64,000 bases of DNA from Lama guanicoe (Eukaryota). The position numbers and the translations under genes are program-made. Shown piece after piece: positions 1 to 13,030 of this stretch; the stretch's first letter is position 1, and the number at the start of each line of letters is the position of its first letter. The stretch spans positions 2,902,161-2,966,160 of the forward strand of contig MU054323.1 in NCBI GenBank assembly GCA_013239625.1, written 5' to 3'. The notes beneath the pieces were generated by a model. It had not been told where the DNA came from. It did no database searches and was given only the letters and a program-made list of their open reading frames with translations.

Positions 1-186
1 ACTAATGACAGATGAATTCTTTAAAGCATTTTCTTAAAAAAAGGACCCTTCTAGTTATTTTTAATGCTATTGTTTGCTTGACTTGGGATGAACCTATGAT
101 TCTATGCTATAAATGTTTTAACAAGCACATCAAATTTACTAAATGAAGCCAAACGATGAGGTCGAGAAGTCCCAATGCAGAAACCG

Positions 187-362
187 TAGTGTTTCTCAAA
201 TTTCTAAATAATCATCTTAGATATTCGTTTTCAAAAGAATCACCAGGCTTCTCTCCTGGAAATGCTGGCTCTGTAGCACAGAGTAAGGCCCAGGAATCTG
301 TATTTTAAATACAACTGCTAGATCCTTCTATGGAAGAAGACATACGTGCACATTTTATGAAC
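187..362. mobile_element. hAT-Charlie MITE remnant (MER5-like)
   Basis: agtgtttctcaaa...ggcccaggaatctgtattttaa resembles the MER5A/B consensus (recalled). Confidence 0.6.
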
Positions 363-599
363 AAAATTAACTTTGAAGGATATTTGAAAAATGTAGTAAG
401 CTAAATAGAAAATCTGTACCTTTCTTATCCTCATTTTCAAAGAGCTTTATCAGGAATGAGTGCTTCATGAATACTTTTATGAGCCTCTATTGATATGATA
501 AGCAATAGTTAAAGTACTAAACATGTGCCAGATTCTGTGCTTAGAACATTAGCGGTATCATCTCACTTAATCCTCATAAACCCTCTAATAAAAGAAAAC

Positions 600-1430
600 A
601 CAACAGATTAACAGAAGATCAAACATAAACAGGTTCAACTCTCTCAGTAAAAAGAAACAGAAAACTTCAGATTAAGTTAGAAAACACACCTACTAGTAAA
701 ACAAAGTTAATGACACAGAAAGGTTAAAAGCAAAAGATTTAACTTAGATGTGTCAGGCAAATGCAAATAAAATTCGAGAAGGAATAGAAAAAAGATCAGA
801 AAAGAGTAACAAATATTAAAAGAATAAAGCAATACTTTTTGTATTGATAATCAATAATAATGGTGTAAGTCATAAATACTTACGTGCTGATTAATTTAAT
901 ATTTTGGTTAAAACCTTAATGATCTCAATTGTAAAAACTAGAAGTGAAACCAATAAAACTTAATAAGGCACTATTTATCCACGATACATCAAAGAGAAAG
1001 TTACAGAAGATTTGAACCATACAATTAATAGTTATAAGAAGAGATATGTATGTGTGAAAGAGGGAAGGAGAGAGAGAGAGAGATTTAACTTGGCATTCAG
1101 CAGAGAGTATACCAATATATGCCTATGAAGTATTTCAAATTCTTATTTAATACTAGGCAACAAATAAAGCTTTAATAAATTCAAAGTGCTTAAATTCTAC
1201 AGCCACATTTTCTGACCACAAAATATGAGTAACAGTATTATTCCCAAATTGTTAGAGTTAGGAAGGAAAGCTAGAGGAAGTTAAATTTTAAAAAGTCTCT
1301 GAAATAACCTTAGGGTCAATGAGGAAATCAAACTGACAACTGTAAAGACAAAAAAATGAGGGGAAAAAATATTGAAACAATAAGGATAAAGCCAATATGG
1401 CACTCAAAGGTAAATTCTTAGCCACAAATA
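600..1430 (+). mobile_element. Old L1 (L1M/L1ME-type) fragment, ORF2 endonuclease region, decayed
   Basis: A-rich; L1-like motifs gccacattttctgaccacaa, agggtcaatgaggaaatcaaa, aaaggtaaattcttagcc. Confidence 0.65.
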
Positions 1431-1940
1431 TCGATCTATGAAACACTAGTGAAGTCAAGTTCATCCTATGATGTACTGTATCTGTCCCCACTGGGGATAA
1501 CTCTGGCATCAAGATGAATTCTCCGTAATAGCTGGTCTGTGCTCGGTGCTACTGCCTGTTTCAGGAGTAAACGCTAGAACTCACTGTGCAATTTGCGGGG
1601 AACCAAGCCTCCATTTCACAGAAGAGCAATTCAAATAAGGTGCACTGAAGGCCTCTGCAGCCCGATTTCACTGCCAACCCTCATCTCTCCAGGTCAGCAC
1701 TGTCACTGAGGTCCAGCCCGTGTCCCCTCAGTACAACTTCTTAGACTCTGCCTTCTCTGAGACAGGATTCTCCATGTAGCTTTTTTCAGTTCAAACCCTA
1801 CCACCTCTGTTTCAGAAATTCTTCGGTGTCACAGCATGTGATTGGCATCAATTCCTGGTTTCTAGTATGAACACGAGTTTTTGTAAATGTGTATATTTCA
1901 TTGGTCAGTTTAATGGAAATGGGGGACTCAAACACCTTAC

Positions 1941-1973
1941 CATCTTGTCCAGAGGCTCTATTTAAAGTATCCT
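1941..1973 (-). other. Candidate 33-nt exon on the minus strand
   Basis: Minus strand: cttttctcatttttag|AGGATACTTTAAATAGAGCCTCTGGACAAGATG|gtaagg; strong acceptor and donor; length divisible by 3. Confidence 0.35.
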
Positions 1974-3370
1974 CTAAAAATGAGAAAAGTATTTTAAATA
2001 AAATAAAAATAAAAATCTCTGATGCCTGCTTGCTGCAGACAGAGAAAAGATCAAGGCTGAACTCAGTACAGGTTCCAGATACAGAGGGCAGACTACATTA
2101 TTTAATACCTAAGAGAACATGGCTGATTCAGACGGTTGTGTGTGAGATAAATTTAGAAGAGCCATCATCAGCTTGACATCACCTGCAGCTCCCTGAATAT
2201 TAACTGAGTTGGTGACATGACCCCCTAGGCCCTTCACACTGTGTGGGAGAGCAGCTCCATTCCCACACACTTTGGCCACCTGCAACGTGGGACAGCGAGG
2301 TCCTGTCCACCATCCCTATGTTTGACTGGGATTAGGGTCCTAGCACTGCTGGACACCCCTCATACTGACCCCGAGAGACCCTCTTAAGTTAAGTTCAGGC
2401 GGCTGGCAGGATGATCTCCAATACTCACCCTCCAGGACCACTATTCTTTCCCACTGTGATGGTTACTATATTGTGAAGCTAAATTCATGTCAGTAATAAG
2501 GAGCCACAGCTCTGGGACTCAGTGGGACTCTCAGTCCAAGAACCTGTGCATTTCCTTTTCCTTCCATGAGATCATCACCTCCTCCCTGTCCACCTCCAAC
2601 TTATCCCCAAATGTGGTTTGATTAGGTGAATTACAAATAAGTGCATCTGGAGAATCTCAGTACAGTTCCTTGGGAACACAGAAGACAAACCAGGGCATTT
2701 AAAGGCAAAGGTGTGATTTGCTGTGAGAAAATCCCAAGAAAAACCATTATGATATTAGAGACGCCCAAGCGTAAGGCAGAGGTGATGACCGAGGCTGGAA
2801 GCAGGCTGTGAGGTCTGTCCTGGCCAGGGGCGAAGCAGCGGATGCCCCTGTACAGTGAGCTGTGGAAAAACTAAAGCCAACAAGACGTTCTCCGGTTAGG
2901 AGGGGGAAATTTCGAATAGCAGCTTAAGTGCCAAAAAATTATTGAGCTCTCCAAACAAATGAGCTCACTTCAGTTCCCTTTGACCAGAAGTTTATAAATA
3001 AGATTGTTTACAAATTAGAACTGAGTTAATATCGTGGCTCTCCTTTTCATTTCTCCCTCATCAGGAGAGCTGAAAGAATCCCTGAAGAACATCCTGGTCC
3101 AGTGACTGTGCTAGAAATTAATTTTGGAAACTGAAAGGTTGTCGTGACTTCAGTGGGGACATTAATCTAAAAGACTGGGGGTGAGGGGGTAGCTAAGAAG
3201 TATGTGAAATTCTCAAGGCCACGTGTTCGTTCATCCATCCACCCACCCAGAAGCACAGGCTGAGTGACTACCGGACGCCAGGCACGGGGGTGGAGGGCAG
3301 CATGAGGGAGGATGCGAAGATGGCCTTTAGGAGAGGACGATGAAACAAAGAGCAGACCACACTGGCAGCC

Positions 3371-3710
3371 AAGATAGCCGAGAGGAAGGAGCCAGAGCTC
3401 ACCTCCTCTCACAGACACACCAACATCACAACTAACTGCAGAACAGTTGTCGGTAAAAAAGACTGGAAACTACCAGAAAAGATCTCCTGTAGCTAATAAG
3501 TTAAAGAAGAAACCATGACGAGCCCAATAAACAACAAAGATCTACTGTATAACACAGGAAACTATATTCAATTTCTTGTAATTACCTATAATGGAAAAGA
3601 ATTTGAAAAATATATTTTTATATGTATGTATATATATATATAACTGAATCGCTTTGCTGCACTCCTGAAACTAACATTGTAAATCAAGTACACTTCAATA
3701 AAAAATAAAA
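3371..3710 (+). mobile_element. Internally deleted L1: 5' UTR start (3371-3522) fused to the 3' terminus and A-tail (3527-3710)
   Basis: aagatagccgag...gagctcacctcctctcacagacacacc resembles an L1 5' end; ataaacaacaaagatctactgtataacacagg...aactaacattgtaaatcaagtacacttcaataaaaaa matches the L1 3' end also present at 24500-24710. Confidence 0.75.
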
Positions 3711-3994
3711 CAAGCCACAGAACCAGAGAGAAGAACCAGCAGTGTTTTGAGGGAGCAACAAGGGAGAGGGCATTTCTGGCCGGTGGCATCCTAGGAGCTG
3801 GGTTTGGGAAAATGAACAATGTTTTGATGAGCAAAGATGAGGAAAGGCCAGTCCTGATGAGCATCAAGCTAAGTAGGCCTGTTGGGTGGGAAAATAAAAA
3901 AGGCTAGTGCACTGGGCATGTTGGCAGCTGTTCTGGGGGGGCAGAACCCAGGTTTCCTCGATGGGAGACCCACTTCACCATTCCAGATGCTAGC

Positions 3995-4182
3995 GGTTAA
4001 TGGTGTTTAAATTTGACTGCACACTGTAACATCTGAGGAGCTTCAGACATTACTGGTGTCCAAGTCCAACCCTCAAAGAGTCTATTTCAGTGACTGAACT
4101 AGGGGTGAGGCCGGGGCATCAAGATATTTACAAGTTACCCAGGAACTTCTCATTTCAACCAAGGATGAGAACACCTGCTCTA
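3995..4182. mobile_element. MER5A-like hAT MITE
   Basis: ctgcacactgtaacatctgaggagctt...ggggtgaggccggggcatc...ccaaggatgagaacacctgctctag. Confidence 0.6.
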
Positions 4183-4309
4183 GGTGAGCCTCACTGCTCC
4201 AGGTACTGAAAGAAAACACATGAGCTTCACCCAGCCTCCTTTGCACACCTGAGCAGCCCAATAGGTGACAGGTGTTTCTAGGAATTGTGAGGACATGCTC
4301 CCGTACTGG

Positions 4310-4460
4310 AGGGGCAGGCTGGTACGGTGGCTCAGAGCCCACACCCAGCCTGTCTTGATTTGCCTCCTGTTCACAATACTTAGTGACTTTAGCAAGTACA
4401 TAACCTCTCTAAGCTTCAACTTCCTCCTAGTAACAACTAGGGGTTGCTACAGATAGCCAC
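4310..4460. mobile_element. MIR SINE fragment
   Basis: gtgactttagcaagtacataacctctctaagcttcaacttcctc (MIR core-like). Confidence 0.6.
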
Positions 4461-4469
4461 ATAGATTTG

Positions 4470-4640
4470 TGATGGTGGATTTTAATCCCTTTTGGGTCTC
4501 ATATCTCTTTGAGAATCTCATGTAAGCTTCAGATCCTGTCCTCCAAAGAATGTACACGCCCGTACACAAATTTCAATCTCATTTTCGGGGTCAAAAGGAT
4601 CCACAAAGATTGTCCAGAGATCAAAGCTAAGAATGCCTCC
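4470..4640. mobile_element. hAT-Charlie family MITE remnant
   Basis: ttttgggtc...ctttgagaatctcatgtaagcttcagatcctgtcctccaaagaatgtacac...aagctaagaatgcct resembles a MER-type hAT MITE. Confidence 0.5.
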
Positions 4641-7600
4641 ATCGAAAGGGTTCGACAGGCTCACATCTTCCTGGCTACAGAAATTTTGCTCTGGGTAAGG
4701 CTTTAATTCATACGCAAGCCTTTCTCAACCTGTCCAGCTCTCTTCAGATTCCCTTTGGATGCTACTTTTATTACAGGGGGCAAGACCAGTTAGGAGCTCT
4801 GAGTTTCAAACTGGCAGTATAATATATACGAAAACAGAGCAAGGTGAAAGTGGAGACCAATGCATCAAGAAGAGAATGAGAACCAGATGCCTCAGCTCCA
4901 GGAAGAGTGGAAAGAAAGGCAGCTGCCCGAGGGGACTGCTTGCTCTGTGGTTTACCTCTAATCAAGGCTCACAAGGACTAAACCCAGAGGAAGGCGAGAC
5001 GGGAAATCACAGCCTCAGAAAGACTGGGAGCGGGCAGGTGGAGGTGAGGGAGCGCTGAGGTCAGAAAAAGAAGAAGGCGGTCTTTTCAGAAGCCTTAAAG
5101 GAAGGCCATGGGGAACAGGACAAAACACGTCAGTCAAGAGGTATCCCTGATTTCCTAGCGGAGCATCAGGCTCTGTGGATCAACTAAGCAAGAAATTTTA
5201 TAAATTCCTGTTGTGTCCATAAGTGTGGGGGGCACTAATTCAAAAAGAAAATATGTCTTACGAATTCACCAGCAGTGATGACAAGGTTATTGCTTCTCTT
5301 CCAATTTCTAGTGATAGCCTGGTACCCAGGGCTCTCTACTCCAGCTGGGCTCATGTTCTCTTGGTCCTCAACTACATCTTATTCTTATTCTACCCCCATG
5401 TCCATCTCCCAAGTTCTTGCTCATCTTGTTCGCCCTACAGCTGGCCAGATCTTTCCCCTTGAAGTTTAGTTTCACCACCTCTCAGGAAGCTGTCTTTTCC
5501 TGTACTCTGGGAACACAATGGTGTTTCCACCCTCTGAACGCTTACATTGACTTCTCCATTAACACTCCTTCAATATTATTCATACACTTCTTTGTCTTAT
5601 AAATATTACAAAATAAAGTGGGGGTCATTAACCACAGCTGAGTTTTATAGAGGGAACAGCATATTGAACTGAAGTCTTCAGCTCTGCCGAACAGTTTTAG
5701 GTATGTGCATTTGGGAGCAAGGCACGAAGCATATTAAGTTGCCTTCTATCAGTGTTTGCAGAGGTGTGATCCACAGACAACCAGCATAAGAATCACCATA
5801 ATAGCTTATCAAAAAATGCAGAGCAAAGTTTTCATACAAGGAAGCAGAAGTCTAGAAAGCAGAAAAGCCCAAACATCCCTGGCAGTTCACAGAAAAGTTG
5901 GAGAAGTATTTGGACTTCCACAAGCTAGAATTCCCAAGATGGGGGGTGGGGGGCGGGGATGCTGTATCAGGCCTTGATCTCAAAGAGCTCAGACCTCCCT
6001 GTGGATCCCGACGTGAGCACTGCATTTTCCACACTGGGAGGTGAGCATGTAGGGGTCTGCAACTTCTGTGGTCCATACAAGGAACTCTTAGTTCCATGCC
6101 TTACACTTAGAAGGTGCTAGATTACATGTGAAAGGTAAAGCTATGGGACAATCAGCTCAAGAAGAGTCTAAAATAACAGAGAATTGGTTCAAATACAAGC
6201 TATGCAGAACCCAACATCTTGGAAAAGAAAGAAGGAAAAAGAAAAATATTCTAAGGCTATTGACTGAATTTTAGGAATCAGTACCTCAGTTTCAAAAAGT
6301 TATCTATAGAATATCAGCATATATAGGTATCAGCTATATACATGTCTCCCCAGAGGGCAGAATAAGTTAAAGTGACCTACTAGGGTATCTTAAAGGTTAT
6401 TTCCCATAAATGTATAGGTTCCATTTTTTATTACTCTGACTCATCTTTCTGTAAACAGTTTAATTAGGAAATGCTTTCTCATCCTTAAATTCGGAGGTGA
6501 ATAATTTACTGTCGGATATTTTGGCTTTATCAAGGGCCTCAAACTGCCATCGAATGTTATGTAGTCTCAGATCACAGTGCACCGTAACCTGATGTTGTAT
6601 GGTCTGGGCTACATTCTAGGCAGAACACTACCTCTGGTCAACCCCAGAATTTTCAATATGGTCAAGGGCCCTTGGGTGTCGATGTGATGGAGTTAAGTTT
6701 CCCGTTGGTGAGTCAGTGCTGAGCAGTGACACTGTCAACCTCCATGTCCATGCTGCAACTGTTCACTGCACAGTTCAGGGTTCCTATGACCAGGTGAACC
6801 AAATTCAAAGAATGCCCTTTGAAGTCCCACCATCCCCATGACCTACTACCTGAAAGGATGTTGTCAAACCGCTGGCTGAAGTCTCTGATACTGTCTGTGT
6901 ATTAACCAGCCCTTCATCTGTCACTTCACAGATTTGTTCGGATGTCATATTAACACTCCAGTTCCTTTATTTCAGGGAAAAAATGTAGGACTAGAATTGA
7001 ATTTTGTCATTAAAACACTCTCAACTGCCTAAGTGAAATGAAATAGACACAACATGGTCATAATTCCTTAAGCCCTACTTCAAGGTTATATCATCATGTC
7101 AGCTTTCCCAGTTTATCTTTATTGTCTAAACACCTACAATGAAAAGAGACTTTGAGCCATCAAGAGAATTGGATACTGTACATGGAAAATTCACTCTGAA
7201 CTTCTTACCTGCAGGCAGGACCCCAATCTTGTCCCTAAGATTTTCACCGAAGAGCTTGAGGTCTCCACTCCAGTGTCCCTGTGGTCATCTCCTGTAAGCC
7301 CTCAGAGTGACCCAACTCATGCCACCCAAGCCTTGGTGACCATGTGGTAATGAGTATTCAGCTGTCTATCACTGGGTGCAGTTCATTTGTTCAACTAGAG
7401 ATCCCCTGCCCTAAGATATTTCAATCATGGTAGTGCCTGTTGAAGTTGTAGATGGAAACCAATAACCTGGGCTACAAGAGGTGAATGCACCAGATTCATG
7501 GCTCTCATTTTGCCTCAGCCAAAGGGCTCAAGTCAGGCTGGGGGTTAACAGATGGCTGACAAAGGGCTACTGGAAGCTGAAGGCACAGCACACGAAAGGG

Positions 7601-8916
7601 TGACAGGCACAGGGAGTGCAGCAGGCACAGCACACTGCCTTCCAGGCTCAGACCTCGCTTCTCACCTGCAGACCCTCCATCCCACTCAGAGCAAGTGCTC
7701 AGTGGATGCTGGCTGAACTGAATGGGACTCAAAGGGCTGCTCTCCACAGTCCAGTCTTCCAAGACTTCTCCTCAAAGACAGAGTTTCTCACATCATCCCT
7801 CCCAAGCCTACAAGAGCAACTGCGTCCCTCTGTGGGATGCTCCCCAATCTGCACCCCCTCATACAGGTCTTACGCACCCCACTTCCCTCTCATCCCACCT
7901 CCTTGCTGTTTCAGCCAGTCTAGACCCATGACCATCACCTGCAGGCATCCATTGTCTCCACCCCCATCCTTCCCTCAGGTGTTTTCCTTGCCAGTATGCA
8001 CTCCCTTACTCCCCCAAAGTAACTTGTAGCACAAAATGAGATTGGTTCAACAAAGATTTCTGTTCAGAGGAGGTTCTCATCTCCGGTTGGTTTGTTAAGG
8101 AGGTGGATCCCCATTCATTTGTCTCCCCATGAGATGAAAATAGCACAGACTGTAAAACCCATGGCTCCCGAAACCACAGCATGTTTCTTTTTTATTCTTG
8201 CCCATGACCAGATCTTCCCTTCTCCCTCTCCTCCTCGTCACCATCCTCTGTCCTGGTCCTGAGAAGGAGACCTGTCATTACAAGAAGCTGGTTCCCCAAA
8301 CAGAGGCCAGTCTCTTGTCTGAATTTCTATGGCCTGTTACATCTCCCTGGGCAGGTGCTATGGCCAGGACCCATGTCTAGAAGGTGAGAGGGAAGGAAGG
8401 CAGGAAGGAGAGAGAGTTCAAGGAGCAAGGACATGGGTCTGGCGCTTTCCTAAATTTCTCCCCAGATGAGGAGCATTTCCAGCTCAAAAGAACATCCTGT
8501 CTCCTTTTGGCTCATCTCCCAACCCGCATTCCACCTAGCACCCTGTGGCTGGGGAGCGAGCCCAGAGGGGCACCAGATTCTCTTCTCTGTAGCATAGAAT
8601 TTGGGAACTGGAAGGGGGGCAGCCCTCTCCTGACACAGGCAATGCTTCCAGGGCTCACTCTCCCAATGTTTATTCTGCTTTCCAACCCAACAGAGAAAAA
8701 AAAAATCAATTTTAAAATACCAATTAAAGATCCCTTCTCCCGGTGCGTATTTGGTTACAGTAGTCTACACCATCCTCCCCTCCTTACAGATGTGTAATTG
8801 TCCTGAAAGCAGAGTTTTCCAGAGTGAAATAGTAAACAATTCAAACCTAAAATGGTCCAGGGGTAGAGCAAAGAGAGCTGGGTATGTATAAGTCACATAC
8901 TATGTGGATCCAGGAA

Positions 8917-8940
8917 ACACACACACACACACACACACAC
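8917..8940. repeat. (AC)12 microsatellite
   Basis: Direct reading. Confidence 0.95.
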
Positions 8941-11433
8941 GGTGTGTAGTGCACTTTTGTGACTGCTAAAACCATAACATCTGGAATGCCATTCTGGAAA
9001 ACTTCCAGATGTTTTCCATGAGGAACACTTTGTAAAAATTGTTAGCCTTCTAGGCATTTGTGAATTCTGTAAGGAGAGTACCCTCCCAGGCCCACATAGG
9101 AGCAAATATGGGATTATAAAGTGCTAAATGCTTTTCACAACTGTATAAGCAATAATGCGCTTTGGGTAAATATTCAGGGAAAATTATTTTTACAGACTAA
9201 GCGAATGGATATGTTCCAATCCGCAATTAGATTTGTATTTCAGAGAAATCAAGGAATGCAGGACAGCTAGTCTGAGGGCAGCTTGCCTGAGAGCCAAAGC
9301 CTCTAACCTGGGCAACATCACACATCCTGGTCATTAACTTCCTCGTCTGTAGTCATTCCAGCGCTGGAAGAGGCTAACGCAGTTTCATAGCTTGTTATAT
9401 TTATCTTCCTTCCCGAGGATTTTTATATTGCATTTTATAAATCCGGCTTCAATTTATGTGTAAGCCCCGTAATCATTAGCATTATGTTAAAAAGAGAGAG
9501 ACAGAAAGAAAGGAAAAGCTTGGGAAGAAAAAAACACTCCGAAAACAATGCCTGGGAAGCCCCTGAATGAATTGTTAGTTTCTAAAATGCAGAATATATA
9601 AACGTCTTAAAGGAATACCCAGAGTCTCTTTTGAAATCAGAAATTATGTGAAGCAAGGCAAGAATCATAAAAGCTTATTGATTTCCCGAACCCACTGAGT
9701 AAAGTATTTTTAAACTATGATTCACATACGGGATACATTTGACACATCAAGAGAAACTGGAAACCAAGCTCCATGCAGCCACATCAGATACTCCTCTGAG
9801 TTGAGTTTGTTTACCATTACAAAGTGAAAAGAGATTTTCTTTTCCTCTCCTGCTCCCTTTCCCTTGAGGACTGCGATTTTTATTGATTTGGTCCTTCCGT
9901 ATACAAACGTCGAAGTTAAAATGTCCACGATAAACCAGTCGGAAGCTTTGGCATTTTCACTGGGCCCATCACTGCTGTCCTTTCTGTGCGGGGCCTGCCC
10001 CCCAATCTGGAGAGAGCCAGAGCTCTTGAAGTGGTTTTGTTCTGAGGTTCTAAGGCTCTCCACTTCCTTAAAAAAAAAAAATCCTTCAACTGGGATCTGC
10101 AGAATACTCCCAGGGAAGATCTGGAAAGGCAGAGCACCTGGAGCCTTCTTGGTTAAGTAGGTGAGACATCCAACCTGGAGGCAACGCTGGCCCCAGAGAA
10201 ACCAGGCCCCACGGCTGCTGAGGGCTGTGGGAACCTTAGCCAGGGGACTGTCATCCTCTTCCAGCCTGTTCCTCCTTTATTACTTTCTTCATCTGCATTC
10301 ATCATCATCACCCTCACGGCATCTCCACCATGAGGGCTTTGCTCCAGTAAAAACCACTCAGTAGTAAAATCGATAACACAGCCCAGCGTGGCAACAGAAG
10401 AAAGTATGAGACCCTCTCATTTTTTTTTTAATTCCCTAGAGTCCTGGTGAGCCAGCGCTGGGGTCTCAGTAATTCCCTGGGACTCCCTTGTGTCTACAAC
10501 CGTCGAAACTCAAAGAGGAGACACTCGTTGTCACACGTTGCTGTGACTCTCCCAGCTCACCAGCTACACAGATATTTCTTCAGGTGGTTGGTTTCAAAAT
10601 ACCATGCTTAGCGCAGGTTTCTCTAAGCTCTGGGTTGCTAACGCATGAAAAGAACAGAAAGCTAAGGATATCCCAATTCTACCCAAGGGCTGCTTCAAAG
10701 ACAAAGGGAAAGAAATGAGGGATGGGGAAATGCCCAAGGAATCAGAAAATACGGCAAGGTCAACCCACCTGGTATAAATCAGTGTGCACCATTCCAGAGG
10801 GTCGCATGGAAACCTCACGCTCAGGTGTAATTTGCCCATCCCGAAGTATTTTTCCTAGTAGTGCCAAATGCCATAATGCTCTCTGTCAGTGATTTGAAAT
10901 TATTCTATAAGCTACATATCGGGTACACTATTGTTAATGAAATGCACACAAGATGATGAACAACTTCCTTTTCCTGCTGGAGCCCCAGCTGCAACCAGTG
11001 CCTGGATCCTTCGTGCTGTAAATCAGCCCTTTGTACTCCAGGAGGATTCAATGAGCTGCAGGTGTGGGCTTGTGGAAGGCCGCCTGGGATTAGGTAGCAG
11101 CATTTGATATGAGATCCCAAACAGCACTGGCAATCTACACGCCACATGCGGCCACAGGCTTTGGAGAAAGCAAAGGGAAAACGCTGATGAAATGTGGCAC
11201 GGGACCATGGAATGCAATGTCAAACTTTCACATCTGCAGGAAAAGAAAGAGAGTTCCTAATTTTACAGTGATGATGTCATTGAGAATTCATGACAGTGGA
11301 AATGATGGGCCAAGGTTTGCAAACTTAACCACTTAGGAGGCTGCTAACTGAAGGCTGAGATTTTCAAGGGACAGTGCAGGTTTAAATGTGATGCTGATTT
11401 GCCTTCCTGGCCCGAGGAATCCTTGGGGAAGGG

Positions 11434-11461
11434 GTGTGTGTGTGTGTGTGTGTGTGTGTGT
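11434..11461. repeat. (GT)14 microsatellite
   Basis: Direct reading. Confidence 0.95.
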
Positions 11462-12749
11462 TGCACACAAGCTCTGGAGAGAGGTAGGGGCAGGAAAAGA
11501 AGTTGTATTTGAGAGGTGATGCTTTGCACAGGCATACAAAGCTGATACTTTGCATGCCAAATATGTCCTTAGAAATATACCGTTTCTGTGTAATTCAGCA
11601 TAAAACATCGCTAACTATCCTTAACAACAATGTTTTTTAAAGACTGATTCCAGATACCCTAAAAATTGACCAGCCAAGAAAAACTATCCTAATTGTTCAC
11701 CTTCTCCTTAATGTTAACCACTGGGAAGAGCTTCTTTTTAAATATTTTTTTCTTCCTTGGAGCTAAAGAGACATGAAAACAAGCCTGGCTTTGTTATTAG
11801 CACACTGATAAAATACATATTGGAGAAAACATATCTTTAATTTTTTAAGAGTCTGTTTTGCATTAGCTTATCTTGATAGTTTAAGTTAATCATTATTTTC
11901 AACCATATATGATTTAGATATTATGTCCTTAATTCATGTACAGTCCATCTGAGTAATGATTGTGGTTTTCTACTTTACAAATTCATCTACTTCACCAAGA
12001 AACCAAGAGAGTCAAATTCCATGCAACATCTGGTTTCCATTGAATGTAATTGCCATTTGCAGAGTTATAATCATGTGTTATTGTAAGGACCACGGTGTCA
12101 ATCACTTCCCTAATGGGGAAAATTCAATGCCTAAATACCTGCAAGAACAAGAAGCTGACTTAAACAGGTGCATTCAGACGCTGGATTTTAAGTAGAATTC
12201 TAGCCTACCCATTTAAATAAATCATTTTAAGGAGAAACAATATTCCTTCCATCCCCTGTAGCAAGGGAAGGCGTAATACCCCGGGCCTCAATCTCCCGTG
12301 CTCAGTTCCAGTACTATATCACGTTTAATCTTTTAAAAAATGTACGAATATGCCCGTATCATAGTGATCCTTTATACTGCATACACTCGTGGGAACTCCC
12401 AAAGGCCAGGCAAGATTTTTGAAGACTTTCTGGGGAAAAGGCCATCCACTGATTCTTCCTGCCTTCCATGAAGTCAGTCATCTCTTTCATAATGAAAACA
12501 GGCCAAGCTGGATGGAAAGAAAATACTAAACGCTCCAAACTACCAAGGTCACTATAGTCCTTTCTAGCCTGTGGGGTTTTTGTGAGGATGATCCCATAAG
12601 AGTCTGAAAAAAGAAGTCACGAAGCGCCGTGTGTTAGTGTGTAATACATAAGCACTTTATGGCAAAAGGGAACCACACATCCCTGACCTCAATCAATCCC
12701 TGTTGTGTTTACAAGCCAAAACTTGTTTGAACTGGTAAATGTTTGGCCA

Positions 12750-13030
12750 TTCATTCAGAAAACATTTCCTACGACAAAAATAATACGCCAGGAATTGCGC
12801 TGGACGCTCAGGATGCAGAGATGAATGACAGAATCTACAGCAGGGGGAGTGAGCGCCGGTAATTACAGCACGGCGAGTGCAGTGGACGTGAGCCCAGGTG
12901 TTACAGCCGACCGCAGAGAAGGGCCTTTTCATCCAGCTTGGTTGAGGAGGATGGCTGAGTCCAAGAAGGCCTCCTGGAGGAGATGACCGCTGAGCTGAGT
13001 TTTAATGATGAGTTGGAGAGGAAGGCTTTC
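12750..13030 (+). mobile_element. L2 LINE fragment
   Basis: cattcattcagaaaacatt...gaaggcctcctggaggagatgaccgctgagctgagttttaatgatgagttggag. Confidence 0.6.

Noticed and set aside
9722..10063. 113-aa minus-strand ORF (…DWFIVDILTSTFVYGRTK…)
   Set aside because: Non-ATG start, no recognisable protein family and only weak splice signals; better explained as non-coding, possibly regulatory, sequence.
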